DNA of 64,000 nt. Origin: Vermamoeba vermiformis. Lineage: Eukaryota. The notes beneath the pieces were generated by a model, which was not told where the DNA came from, ran no database searches, and was given only the letters and a program-made list of their open reading frames with translations. The first letter of the stretch is position 1, and each line of letters starts with the position of its first letter. Positions 13,200 to 25,753 of this stretch are shown piece after piece. The stretch covers positions 496,001 to 560,000 of the forward strand of contig JBEWZL010000300.1 in the NCBI GenBank assembly GCA_045837725.1, given 5' to 3'. Both the position numbers and the translations under genes were made by a program.

Positions 13200-14927
13200 A
13201 TGCGGTTGAATCCGATTTGTTTGCTTTTAGTGGGCTTGATAAGCGCCATCATCGCAACGCCACCTGCCGGACCGTTTTGGATATCGCCAAGGACAGTTGC
13301 AAATAATACCGATGGAGGTAAGCCGTAATATATAATTGCATTATAGACAAAATAATATGTATGGTAGCTTTACCAGCAGATTTAAATTTCAAATTTTTAT
13401 GGATCGCTATCCATCAAGACTTTAAAATTCATTTTTGTACATTAATATAAATGCAATATTGAAAGTTTTTTTCATGCAGTTCCGGAGGAATTTGTCGCCG
13501 ATCGAGGCGTTTGGGCAAATCTGTCAACTGGTGCTGGGTCTAGAGCTGGCCTGCCGGTGGTACATATGGATTCAAAGGGCTATCTGTGGATTTACGGTGG
13601 CGTAGCTAGCTTTGACATGAATGCCATGTGGAATTACGATCTCGCTCGAGATCAATACAGATGGGTTGCGGGCATGGCAAATTTTGATGGACAATACAGT
13701 AACTTTGGCCAAATGGGCGTTCCTAGTAACGACACTTTCCCTGGCGGAAAAACTTACTCAGCTCATGCTATCGACAAAAACGATAATATCTGGATTTATG
13801 GCGGTCTTAGCGACAACACGCTGTGGATGTTCAATACGACCTCACTTCAGTTCACTTGGGTGGGTGGCAATAGCTCTAATGAGGTTGCTAAATATGGCGA
13901 GCTTGGTATGGCGTCAGAGGAGTACTGGCCTGGTCAGCTTGTAGGTGCGCGCATGGTCGTGGATTCGAAGAACAATCTTTGGTTGTTTGGGGGCTATATA
14001 GGACAGGTAGAGAGTAACGGCGTGTGGCACTATAACACGACATCGGGCATGTGGAGTCTTCAGTGGGGTGATCCAACAGCGACCCCTCCTTCATCAACCT
14101 TTCCAGATTATCAGAACAAGATCTGGCCTGGTCGATGGGGTCCTGGCTGTACAATCGACGAAGATGATCGTGTGTGGTTGTTTGGTGGCTCAGATAGCTC
14201 AACTGCATACCAGCTTTGGAATGATTTATGGTCGTTTGACACTAGAACTATCACGTGGCGAGTTGACCGAGATGCAGACGCATCAACGCTCTCTGGAAGC
14301 ATGTCATCATTTGATACGTATAGTATTTATAATTATCCTACTCAACGTGACGCAGCAAGTATGGTTGATAGACGTGACGGAACTTTCATAATGTACGGCG
14401 GAAGAAACAAATTTCAATACACCGTCTTTGATGATGTTTGGATATTCAATAAGACCAGCTCTTTATGGAAGTATGTTCATGGCAACGGTACTCAAGCAAG
14501 TCCCGTGTACGGCCAATATCGTGGTGCTGGTTCTAAGTTGGGCTCTCGACAAGCCTATGGTGCCGAGACAGGTCTAAGTGCCAAAGGTAACTTGATCATC
14601 TTTGGCGGCAATGACTTTGGAACCGTTACGTTCAACGACATCTGGATCATTCCGCAAGATCAGTGCGCGATGAATCTTCACGATTGTGATCCCAATGCAA
14701 CGTGTGCAACGACGTCATGGACTTATACATGTACGTGCAATGAAGGCTACGTCGGTGATGGTAAGACTTGCACTGTACCAGTACCTCAAGCCCCGACGAG
14801 CACTCAACCGATATCTAATCCGACTCCGACAAAACCCATTGCACCTACTGCCAAGACTTCCTCTGGATCTGAGGGCTTGATAGCATTTTCCTTTACTCTA
14901 TTCGTAGCTTTGATAGTGTTGTTATAA
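13200..14927 (+). CDS. Secreted, probably GPI-anchored Kelch beta-propeller protein with an EGF domain
   Basis: Exon 1 MRLNPICLLLVGLISAIIA is signal-like; one intron. Repeated W(I/L)(Y/F)GG...ND(L/I)W kelch motifs; EGF CAMNLHDCDPNATC...YTCTCNEGYVGDGKTC; P/T stalk; SSGS followed by a terminal hydrophobic tail. Confidence 0.85.
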
Positions 14928-15044
14928 ATTCAATTCAATTGATCGACCCTAAATTAATTACTGTTGTTGTAAACGGCTTAGGTAAACAGATAATAAATTC
15001 AATGAGGACATACTAAATTGTATTAGTGTTATAATTTGATAATT

Positions 15045-16136
15045 CTATTGTTTATCGATTTCAAAGCCATCAGCAATTAATTTCTTAACTTCTATTAAAT
15101 GAGACACCGTGAAATCAGTCCAGGTATGAATATTCGGATCTTTGTTGTTGTCTTGCTTCAGCAGCACTGTAATATTGCCAGCTTGTCTACCGCACAACAT
15201 ATCGTCTTTGGAGTCGCCGACAAATATGCAGTGTTGCGGATCTACGTTCCAAGTCCTACAAACATGAAGAGCTGGATCCGGACTCGGCTTGAATGGCTTA
15301 AATTCTCTAAACAAATGATGTACCGTCATTATATTGTGCTATTTATATAATATCGCGACTATTAAATATTGTTCGGAGGCAGCTGAAGCTCGTGTAACGG
15401 CTTGCAATTACGGATGTACCAAAAATTTCGTTTGCTCGGATAGTTACCTGGAAATCTCCATAGAAAAGCCAAAGTTAACTTTAGTTTTCATAAATTCGAT
15501 CGCTTCTTGTGAGTTACGAGTGACAATTGCTTTCGGAATCTTATGTTGATCCAAAAACTCCATTAGCTCGTGGACTCCTGCCAAATAGTTCATATTGTTA
15601 GCCCTATACTTATTCATCTTACAGGCATTAACTGCATTATGCAGCCAGTAAATTATAATGTAGTGGATGGAACAAGGCGGTTGCGAAAAATGAGATGTGT
15701 TTTAAAAAAACTTACCAGGCTGCAATTCAAATCGTCTCTTTCCTTCTTCTTCGAATTCTTCAACAATTCTGAGCGCTCGTTGCTTAGCTACCTCATCCAT
15801 TTTTTCGATCTCTTCAAGCATGTCAAGAGGTCTTGGAATGCCTAATGCATTTCTCATACCTTTATGATAATATTAAAGCACTGTATTATGGTCGTTGAAT
15901 AAATAACGCACTAAAAGCTCGATCCAAAATTAAAAATATTTTTGTAAAAGTCGCGTGACTTTGCATGCTACTAATAAGGTAAGCATAATATTGCACATGT
16001 TATTTATATAATTTAAAAAATATTGTTGTGACTTACCGGCGAAATCCAACACAGGCACAGTTAACGTGCCATCCATGTCAAACAGAACACCCTTAATAGG
16101 GATTCCTTTCGTCATGTGAAAGAATAATTTGCTCAT
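15045..16136 (-). CDS. HAD-superfamily hydrolase
   Basis: Motif I GVLFDMDGTLT, motif III KPSPDP and motif IV FVGDSKDDMLCGRQAG, spread across several exons. Confidence 0.88.
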
Positions 16137-16359
16137 TTTAGTTAATAGCGCCAGTTTGATAGTGTTGTCTGCTGGTGTCTTGTTTATGTGGCAGTAAAAT
16201 GACTCAAACAATTTTTGGATCCGTTTTTGCACTTCGGGTACGAATAGCACAAAAGCAAAGAGCCTTTATTAATTCTAGCGCATTGATTGCAACCAAATCT
16301 ATCGTCGAACTCTTACTTCCTCACTAGGTTATTCTTTTTGTTGTTTTGAGGACTGAACG

Positions 16360-17535
16360 TCAAAGCTCCGTTCGATCCTGAGAACCACTAGTACCGATAC
16401 CGTTTGACAGTTGTGAAAGGATCTCTGGCTGGGGAAGTTCTTCCTTGCGCTCCTCGCCTTTGGTTTCGTCTTTACTAGGCGATCCGGATCCGGGTTCTGT
16501 AATAACGTTTAGCACAGCCAGACGGCAGTACCAAGTTGCGATATATGCAACGCTAGCATTATATAAAACAAAATACTGTACCTGCAAGCCCAGCCTTTTT
16601 AAGCTTTCGTTGTGCTTTCGCCTTGTACTTCTCACGTCTCGCTTCAGCTCGGAAATACTCCAAAGTTCTCTCTGAGAGTTCAATTAGTATTTTTTAGATA
16701 AAAATAATTATTGTGCTAATGTCTTGTGTTAAGAAACCGGAGACTTACGTGGGAGATCCTTGGGAAAGGGCAACTCGCGAGTGTATTCTGATAAGTACAC
16801 AAATCAAATTCTCGTAGCTGTCAGTTGGCTCAGCTTGAACGAAGAACTCGATGTCTTGAATGTCTTGTTCTGTAATGTCTTTGACGAATGGTTCCATGAT
16901 GCTAACAGCGGTCGTTCTGACATTCGGAGCAAGGCTTGAAAGTGGTTTGTCGTCATTCGTGACAACCATCATACTTTGGCATAGGCGTCGTTTAAGTAAT
17001 ATGACCGGCATTTTGATATCGCCTAAAACAATCTTAAGACCGCAAATTTTGGATCAGATTTAACTCACCTTGATTGAAAACCTGAAGTTCCGGCTTAATC
17101 TCTCCTAAGACGAAATAAAAATATTAATTAATTAGCGGCATTCCCCATTGACATACCATTTTCAACACAATAGTCGAAGATGCGACTCGCTGATACGCCA
17201 AACATTACCCAAAAGTCTTCGACGTTGCCGGTGAGTTCTTTGGCAGAAACCTTCTTCACAAGTGATATAACGCTCTTCCCCGAGACGAATGAGTCATCAG
17301 GCAGTTGAAGCGCGTCCTTGCAGATCACTTTGAGTTCAGAAATCAACTCGTCAAAGTTGAGCTTAGGATCACTAGGCAAGCTTATAGAAAATGACAAACA
17401 CTTTTCTTGGAGTTTTTTGTATAAACAGAGCGCTTTTTTAGCTACGAGAGAGCAATTAATAATTCGAACCCGAATTGAATCTTGCACGCTGGAAAATCCC
17501 ATTATTCGCTTACTCTCCAGCCAATTTTTCTTCAT
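16360..17535 (-). CDS. Multi-exon hypothetical protein
   Basis: Exon 1 MKKNWLE|; spliced continuation TKKALCLY...FDYCVEN|GEIKPELQVFNQ|GDIKMPVILL...|...QDRTEL*. GT-AG junctions are present; no family recognised. Confidence 0.55.
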
Positions 17536-17717
17536 CAGTGTTGATCAATCGTTGATAATTTTGCAATAAAAAATATTGTTTTGTGCTAAATTTGCCACTG
17601 AGTGCAAATTTGGCAATTTACATGCAAGATCCGAACAACCTAGTTATTTACAAACCATTAATTAAAACATATGAACAACTATACAGCATAAAGGTTGTAA
17701 CAACAACTATACAACAT

Positions 17718-18665
17718 TTACATTTTAATGCAAGCTGGTTCTGTACCATCAAGCGCATCTGACTGGTCGTTCGTTGCAACTCCATCTGATGGGCGCATGC
17801 AAGTTGGGCACACTTGGCGCGAAGAGGACGATGGAGGAATCAACTCTTTCGAGAGCTCGGCAATGCTCTTGTCCTTGGTCTGTTTTTTCGCAGTTAAAGC
17901 CTTCTTCATTTGTTTAGCCTTCGCTTTCAGCTTCATAATTTCGTAACTATGTATCTCTTGGACTGATTTAAGCAGCGCGGTCTCTTTTTTGAGCTCAGCA
18001 GTCTCTTCTTCGAGGCTGGTTACCTCAGTTTCCAGTGTTGTGCTATTCGCTTTGAGCTCGTCAATCTCTTCTCTGCGCTTGGCGGTCTCTTCTTCGAGGG
18101 TGGTTACCCGAGTTTCCAGATTAGCCATCTCTTCTTTGCGATTAGCAGTCTCTTCTTCGAGGGTGGTTACCCGAGTTTCCAGATTAGCCATCTCTTCTTT
18201 GCGATTAGCGGTCTCTTCTTCAAGGGTGGTTACCCGACTTTGCAGCGTTGTGCTATTCGCTTTGAGCTCGTCGATCTCTTCTCTGCGCTTGGCGGTCTCT
18301 TCTGCGATCTTGGTGACCTGGATTTGCAGTGCATCAAATTTTTCGGATTGTTGGCCCATACGAGCGTTGAGGAGTTGAAAGTGACGTTCAAGCGACGCAG
18401 AATTGACAGGACTCACGGTTGCAAAAGGCGGTTCATTATTGTTCTTCGCATCGGGTGGATTTGTCGCTGCGTCAAGCTCTGTGGCAACCACCATTGACGA
18501 GGCCTCCTCCGCTGATTTTTCTCTATTTTTTTCGGAATTGTTGGCGTACTCTTGGAGGCCCTCTCGGTCTGAATCTTTTTTAGGGTTAGCTGCGATAGAA
18601 GCAATTAATAACTACGAACTGAAAGATCCAATTTTTTGCTTACTCTCCAGCCAATTTTTCTTCAT
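17718..18665 (-). CDS. Coiled-coil repeat protein with a C-terminal CxxC
   Basis: Exon 1 MKKNWLE splices in frame to TNPKKDSDREG...MVVATELD. Heptad repeats LETRVTTLEEETANRKEEMAN; C-terminal CPTC. Confidence 0.75.
17985..18305 (-). repeat. Coding tandem repeats (63-nt / 21-aa units) within the coiled-coil gene
   Basis: Near-identical copies of gtctcttcttcgagggtggttacccgagtttccagattagccatctcttctttgcgattagc, and two copies of the EETAKRREEIDELKANSTTL block. Confidence 0.85.
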
Positions 18666-19842
18666 TGCTGTTGATCAATCGTTCAAAACTACAAAATTAA
18701 AAATTGCGCTCGCAACAACAAAAGGCTAAATTTACTCGGAAGTACAAATTTGGCAATTTGCTTCCCAAGATCCCAGTACGCCAGAATCTCATTAGTACTC
18801 CGAAAGATAAAAGATACCAAAAACGGTTTAATATTAGGTAAGCGGCAAAACAAAGCTAAGTTAATTCGTTGCTTAACGCGTTAAGAACCTTCTTTCCGAA
18901 AAAGGAAATCCAATCAACTCAAGTGCTAAGTGCATCAGTAATGAGCAATAATCTCTTTAGTGAATGATCCGTCTCAACGGAGAGTCAGCGATATTATTTA
19001 AATAAATAAAAACCGTTCTATCTTACGGCTAAGAGGGACCACAGCATCTGCGAGACTAGCCTCCCAACTTAAGCCAGAGTAATAAACGCAGTCATCTGCA
19101 GTTCATGTCAAAGTGACCTCGCCGAGATTGCTACTAAAAATAGCGAAATTTCTGACACGCGCCTTGTTAACGCGGACCAAAATATGAGGAGGTTTTGTTG
19201 GAGGCTTCTACCAACGTCTTAATTCTGCTATCTACAAAAAATTGAAGAGAGGTTAGCTATAAGTACTAAATATACTCCTATTATATTATTGGCCAAAATC
19301 TCAATTATTATTGAATTTCAATCGATAAAGGAGACTTACAAGTTCGAGCCACTGGACATCAGTTTGGCGCCTCTTTAATTGTTCTTGACAAATTATGAAA
19401 ACAACACGCGATATTCAGCGTAGGAAGTGACGCGAATATTGTTTTTTTAAACGAAAACAGATTTGTTTTTAATTACGTTATTACCTTTACTATAAATGCA
19501 ATATTGATTTAAGCTTCAAACTGTAATCTAAACAGGACCTTTCTGGTAAAAATAAGTATCGGGAATATCATTTGAAAATTAAATAAAATCGTGACGGATT
19601 CATGTTGCGCTGCCATTGGTATGTTTAGACTTGCTGGTATTTGGTCATACCACCAACATTCTGGTTATACTGCTATCGAAATAACGAAAACGGAAGACAG
19701 GCTCCGCTATTGAAACTAATTGGTGCGTTGTCTTTCGAAAAAACGAAAACGAAAAGGAGCAAATTTAAAAATCGATTTTTTTCATCATTTCAGCTCAGTC
19801 ACCCGTGACGAACACAATAAATCAACATTTCATATATTTGCA

Positions 19843-21160
19843 ATGGATCCTAACCAACAACAGCCTCAATATCCGCCTCAATTCTTTTACCCGGATCCCA
19901 ATCAACAGATGTACCCCCAGCAAGGAGTACAACCAGTGATGATCCAGCCAGGCATGGTCCCTCCTCCTTATCAAATGCCGCAACACCCTCAGCCGGTCAT
20001 TATGGCTCCACAGACCACTGGATACGTGATGCAACCCCAATCGCCAGTCATGACAGTCGTTGCACCTATGGGTCATAATGTCGTGCCCAATACCATCCCC
20101 CAGCAAGTATCTTACGTTACTCCTGCTCCTGATGACGCTTCTTTGCTCTCATCTCCTACCCCAACCAGTTTCCTCGATCGAAGCATCAAAGAACGATTAT
20201 TCGAGGTAAGTCATTTGTCCACGTGTCACGCATATTCGATCGTCGTATTTTACAATTTTTCGAATATTTATTAATTGTGTTGCGCTTTTAGAGAGAATAC
20301 ACTGTGGATACCAGCGCCTGGATCTCAGAAGCTTGGGGCATTTACAAGCAAAACTACGCTTTATTTATTCTATGGACTCTTGTTAGTTTCGTAAGTTATT
20401 CTTGCAGTTCGAAGATAAATTTCCAATTTTTTCGTTTTTTCCAACGGATCTGAAATTTTCAATAATTGTACATCCTCTAACCTTTTATTAAGGCCGTATC
20501 ATGGATTCCTTATGTCGGCATTATTGCCATGACCTTTATGGCTTACTGCTTGATCGCTGCCGTCAACGATAGTTTGAGACCTTCGCGCACCGTTTTGAAC
20601 TTCAAGAACTTTGGCCATCTGTTTGAAGTACGTGCCGTATTGCTTAAAATAACACTTATCTAACCTACTTATAGAGCATGAAATACGCCCTTCATATGTT
20701 AATCTTGACCATCTTGGTGAACTTGATTGTTTGCGCTGGATTCATCGCCTTAGTTGTTCCTGGTTTCTACTTCCTCATTGTCTTGGCGTAAGTACATTAC
20801 CCAAATTTTCTTTTTAACATGTTAAATGCATGCAGTAATACCGTTCTCGCGTCCCTTAAGTTCAGTTGCTAATTTATTTTTAGCTTCACCGTCCCTGTCT
20901 ACCTTGAATACCGCACTTTGGGCTTGCAATTGACCGAAGCCATCTGGGTTAGCGGCAAGGTGCTCCACAAGCGATTCTGCGGCATTTTCGGCTACTTTAT
21001 CGTTTGCTTCTTGTTGATCTTGGCTGGTGCTTTGGCTTTGGGTGTTGGTCTCTTGATCACCTATCCTCTCGTCTATATCAGCATGAGCGTTGCTTTCCGC
21101 GAAATCTTCTCGTTCCGCGAGAACCACTTGTACGCTGCTTCCAACTTGGAACAGATCTAA
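19843..21160 (+). CDS. Integral membrane protein with a Pro/Gln/Tyr-rich N-terminus (DUF975-like membrane domain, tentative)
   Basis: MDPNQQQPQYPPQ... then exons WISEAWGIYKQNYALFIL, WIPYVGII, GFIALVVPGFYFLI and GALALGVGLLITYPLVYISMSVAFREIF; stop at 21160. Confidence 0.75.
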
Positions 21161-22723
21161 GGCGTGTAGCGGATCTCAAAAATTGCAACAATTGACTTAA
21201 TTTTGTTATAATATGGATGCTTAGAGCATTGTCTTTGTAAATAAATCGCGTTATACTATTTATGGTCTACTGTTCAACGCGACACCATAGATCAACCGTT
21301 GACCGAGCGAAAAGACCTTAAGGTTACCGCTGCTCCTATTGGTATCACCGTTAACTCGATTGAATACATTAGCTATGTTTGGTTTGCGTCAATTTCTTGT
21401 TTGACGCGAGACGCCGTGTGAACCAGATCCGCGCGAAGGTTCATCTTTCGTTTTAATTTCCGCGATTGAATGATGCATGTTCTGGTATTCGATGCCATGG
21501 TCAATTAATAGTCGACGGCAACTATACTGAAACGTACTTGATAGAGTCAGTATATGTTAGGTATCCTGTAACGCTAGTCGTGAAACAGCAGATCCAGCGC
21601 AAACAATATTCTCGCCGATTGGCTTCCAAATCCTCGGACTCGTCCGTTCTGCGTTTGAATGCCATTATCGAGCTTAAAAGCGGTAACGATAACGATTGGA
21701 CTCGACGCAATAGGGAGTTTTTTCGACGTCGCTGTACCCGTGCGACTTGTCACATTCCTTTATAATAGGTCGTGGTCACGGAGATTATTTAACAATACTA
21801 CGCGACGTCCGAGGATTAATCGCCGCGGTGCATTGCATATTTCTTCGCTCCTTCATTACAACCTTTTGCAATTATGAGCTGTTGACCGTGATGTTTGCTG
21901 CTCGACTGTCAAATATTGAGTGAGTACGAAGGTTGAAGCAAGTAGGAGTAGGTAGTAGTAGCCCGGTTAAATTCTGTGCAACAACAAAAATTTTCAATCT
22001 GGTTTTGTAAGAATGGAATAGCAACGTTCTTTTGGCCACAAAGTTATTATAATATGATAAAATGGAATACAATTTCTAATCTCGGATGGAGTCGTAAACG
22101 CTCGAGAAAGCAATTTAAATCCACTTTTATGCATTGTTCCGACTAGTTGTGTGCTCGCTAGTAAATTGTCCTAATTACCTAATAAATTAATGAAAGAATG
22201 ACTACATCCGCTGCACAGAATCTTTTTCGAAATTTTTGTAGTGCAACACATCCGCGACCAAGTAAATTTAAATAATGGCTGTATTCGTAACATTGAGAAA
22301 TACAAACAACAAAAAGATTCGTTTCGGATAATCGAAAGATACGAAAGATACGATAATATCGTGGTGATTCGTCAATCAAATCGTTTGACATCTGCTGCAA
22401 GGCAACAAAATCTTTTTGTGAGGATTTTTTACAACACAAAATCAATCTGCAGCTCGCAACCACAGCTCTATAACAAACATATATAAAAGGTAATGTATAT
22501 CGCGGTTCATTTTGTTGCTATAGTGCTGCAAATACCGCTCAACTGCGCCGGATTGAATTTCGGATTTACAAAGAAATATCTCGTTGTCAACCTCGCAATT
22601 TGGCGATTAATGCGACGGAAATACATAATATTATAGAAGTTAAATTTAATACTGAACGAATCGAAGCAAGATTTTGTGGTGATATTTTAAATTTTAAACT
22701 AATCTCGTTTATAAATATTTTAG

Positions 22724-25035
22724 ATGGCAGACGACAAGGATAAGGCCTGGATTGAAGTCCAAAAGAAAGCCTTCACTCACTGGGTTAACACTACCCTCGA
22801 GGCTCGCCACAAGTCAATTACCAACTCTATCGAAGTTGATTTGGCAGATGGAGTTCTTGTTATAGATTTTGTCGAGTTGCTGATTGGAAATACGATTAAG
22901 ACTAAGTGGACTAAGACCCCTTCAAACAGAATTAACAAAATCGAAAACTCTTCAATCGCTCTTCGTTTCCTCAAGGACAATGGCGTTGAAGAAAGGATGT
23001 TGACTATATCCGCTGAAGAACTCGTCGACGGCAACTTAAAATTGATCCTCGGCTTCTGCTGGATGTTATTCAGAAAATTCAGAATTATGAACATGAAGGG
23101 ATCCGAAGGAAGTAAGTTATTTTTTTCTTAAATTTTAAACTTTAAAAAAAAGATTTTTGCGGTTGCGGATGTCGCTTCCCCAAGGCCCGCGAATTCGCTT
23201 CGTAGAATCTTAATAACATAATTTAATACCGGATCTATTCCTATTGGCGTAATCTCCCGCAAGGATTTTTTTGGTGCGGACAACTTTTTTAGAAATTTCA
23301 ACTTAAATTGCTTCTTTTACGCTCTGAAATTGTTTAAATATTATTATAGAGCTTATAAATATATTACATATGATATAGACAAATAATGTGAGCTTTTTAG
23401 ACAAGATTTTTGGTAGATATTTTTTGCAAATTAAGTTGGAAATTTAGCTTTAAATGCGTTTAAATATCGATCCATACATATTCGTGGTATTGTTAATATA
23501 TTTTAAACAATTTTTGATAGTCTAATAAATTACAAAATAAGTTTTTGCTACATCCGGAAATACTTGCAAAGAATACCCGAACTGACTTTGACGGCCTTAT
23601 TAACCGTATTTAACTATTATAGGCAACTCAGCTGAAGACGCATTGCTCAACTGGGTTAGGACCGAAACTGAAGGCTACAAGGGTGTCAAGATCGAAAACT
23701 TTGGAACTAGTTTCAACGACGGCTTGGCGTTCTTGGCCTTGGTGCACAAATTTGATCCTAATCTCTTCGACTACGACAGCACTTACGGCGCGCAACCCTC
23801 GTTGAAGAACGCTGAACAGGCGATCGAGTATGCTGAAAAGCATTTGGGCGTTCCTAAGTTGATTGAAGCTAAGGAACTCGTTGACGGTAAGTTATATCGA
23901 TATTTGAATATTATAGAGCGCTTAAGCGACGAGTTTTTGAGTTTTCTTTTTGCAAACCGAATCTGAATCTGGTTTTTTCTGTCAATAGGCAAAGTCGACA
24001 CTAGAGCCATCGTTTTGTACACTTCATTGTTCTTGCACGCCTTCAGAGCTACTGAAGAGAAGCGCAAGCTCGCTGAAGCTGCTAATGCCTCCAAAACCAA
24101 AGTTACTGGCCTCGAATCTGAATTGCAAAGTGCTTTGTCTGAGAAAGAGAGCCTCGAAAAGAAGTTTAAGGACTTGACTGCCGACCACGACTCTCTCAAG
24201 GTCAAGCTTCAAGAGTCTGAAGAAAAGACTGGCAAGGTAAGAAAAAATTTTTTTTGGGGTCGAATCCGATCTTACTTTAAAACGTTTATTAAGCTTAAAT
24301 GAATTGAAAATACGATACTAATCATGTATATGTAGCTGCAAAGCGAGAAGGAAGAATTGGAGCGTGAAGCCGAAGAGCTCCGCATGAAGTTCAACAGATT
24401 CAAGCAAAAGTACGACGAGCGAGAGAAGACTGACCTTATGGGCTTGGATCTCTTGCTTAAGAACATCCCTGAACACATTATCAACGTTAACGAATTGCAA
24501 GGCTTCTTGGAACTCGAACGTAAGTTCGCGAAATTTTATTTTGAGCCACATCCGCTAAGAAAATCTTTTTTTTGTGTACTACAAATCAGCCTTTATCAAA
24601 ATAATATCTGTAACGATATTATAGCAATTTTGATCAACTTTAAGCGCATATAAGCTCAAATTACTAATTTTCTTTTTCGCAGCATCCAAATCCATTCCGA
24701 AATTTAGCTTCCCTGAAGATTGGAACGGTCGCTTAGAGCAACTTAATAAGGCCGTCGTCACTGAGAACTCAGACCTCGACAAGGCAGTTAAGAACGCTGA
24801 AGGTGGCAAAGCTGCTAAAGAAGCCGCTTTATTCAAGGGAGATCTGAAAGAAAAGAAGGCATCAGACGTAAAACTTGACCTATCGGTAACAAAGACTAGT
24901 CCTAGGGGTGATGAAACTAAACACACACCTAGATCCGAAGCTGAATCTAAAAAGACCCCTAGAGCAGCAGATGACAAGAAAACTCCCCGCGGCGACGATA
25001 AGAAAGCCACTACTCCTCGCGATAAGAAGAAATAA
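22724..25035 (+). CDS. Cortexillin-like actin-bundling protein (two CH domains, coiled coil, basic tail)
   Basis: WIEVQKKAFTHWVN...NLKLILGFCWMLF (CH1) and LLNWVR...SFNDGLAFLALVH (CH2). VLYTSLFLHAFRATEEK closely matches cortexillin LYTSLFFHAYRAKEEK; a coiled coil follows; stop TAA ends at 25035. Confidence 0.85.
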
Positions 25036-25753
25036 GGGAGTTTCACTATATTTATAATATATATCCCCATATAAATAACCCACACTTTTATTTTTATTTT
25101 TTTGTAACGGGATCTGGATCTTCGTTATAAGAAAATTAAAAAATCGACAATAACTGCCTTTGTATAATTTGATATAAGAAGAAAAGAATAATAATCGTCG
25201 AATAATATTTTCTTCTTGTTCAATATTTATAATAACCCAATCAAATTCTCCTCCCTTGTTTTTTTCTTTTGCAAGTAGTAAGATTTCTTATAATAAAGCC
25301 TATTTATTCTCTAATCAATGGCTCTATATACCTTATTATGCATCTCCATATTACCCTCTATTCAAACTAACAAAACAGATCTGGCTTTTTGTAACGACGT
25401 GGATGCAGCAACGCGGCCAAGCTATGGACTAACTACTAACGTCGATTATATTTCAATATTGATAGCAGGTTGGAGAAGAGGTTGAAGGCCCGAAAGCATG
25501 GTTGGAACGGAGTACACATTTTGAAGATCTGGTTGCGCAGCTGGCTGTGGATGTAAGTAATCAGAAAGCTATAATATGCTGGTAATCAAGACGTACAATT
25601 AACCTTTTGATCGAAGAGCACGAGTAGGATGCGATGGCTGTTCACTTGCACAGTGGAGCACGAGCTGCTTGGAGAATGCTTTTTAGATAAAACGCACTAG
25701 GACTACTTTACTAGACTCCAAACAATAAGGTACAATAACGAGCAGTCATATTA

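Noticed and set aside
21240-22480. Short ORFs on both strands between the membrane-protein gene and cortexillin
   Set aside because: No coherent spliced model or recognisable motif, and frequent stops; probably intergenic, UTR or decayed sequence.
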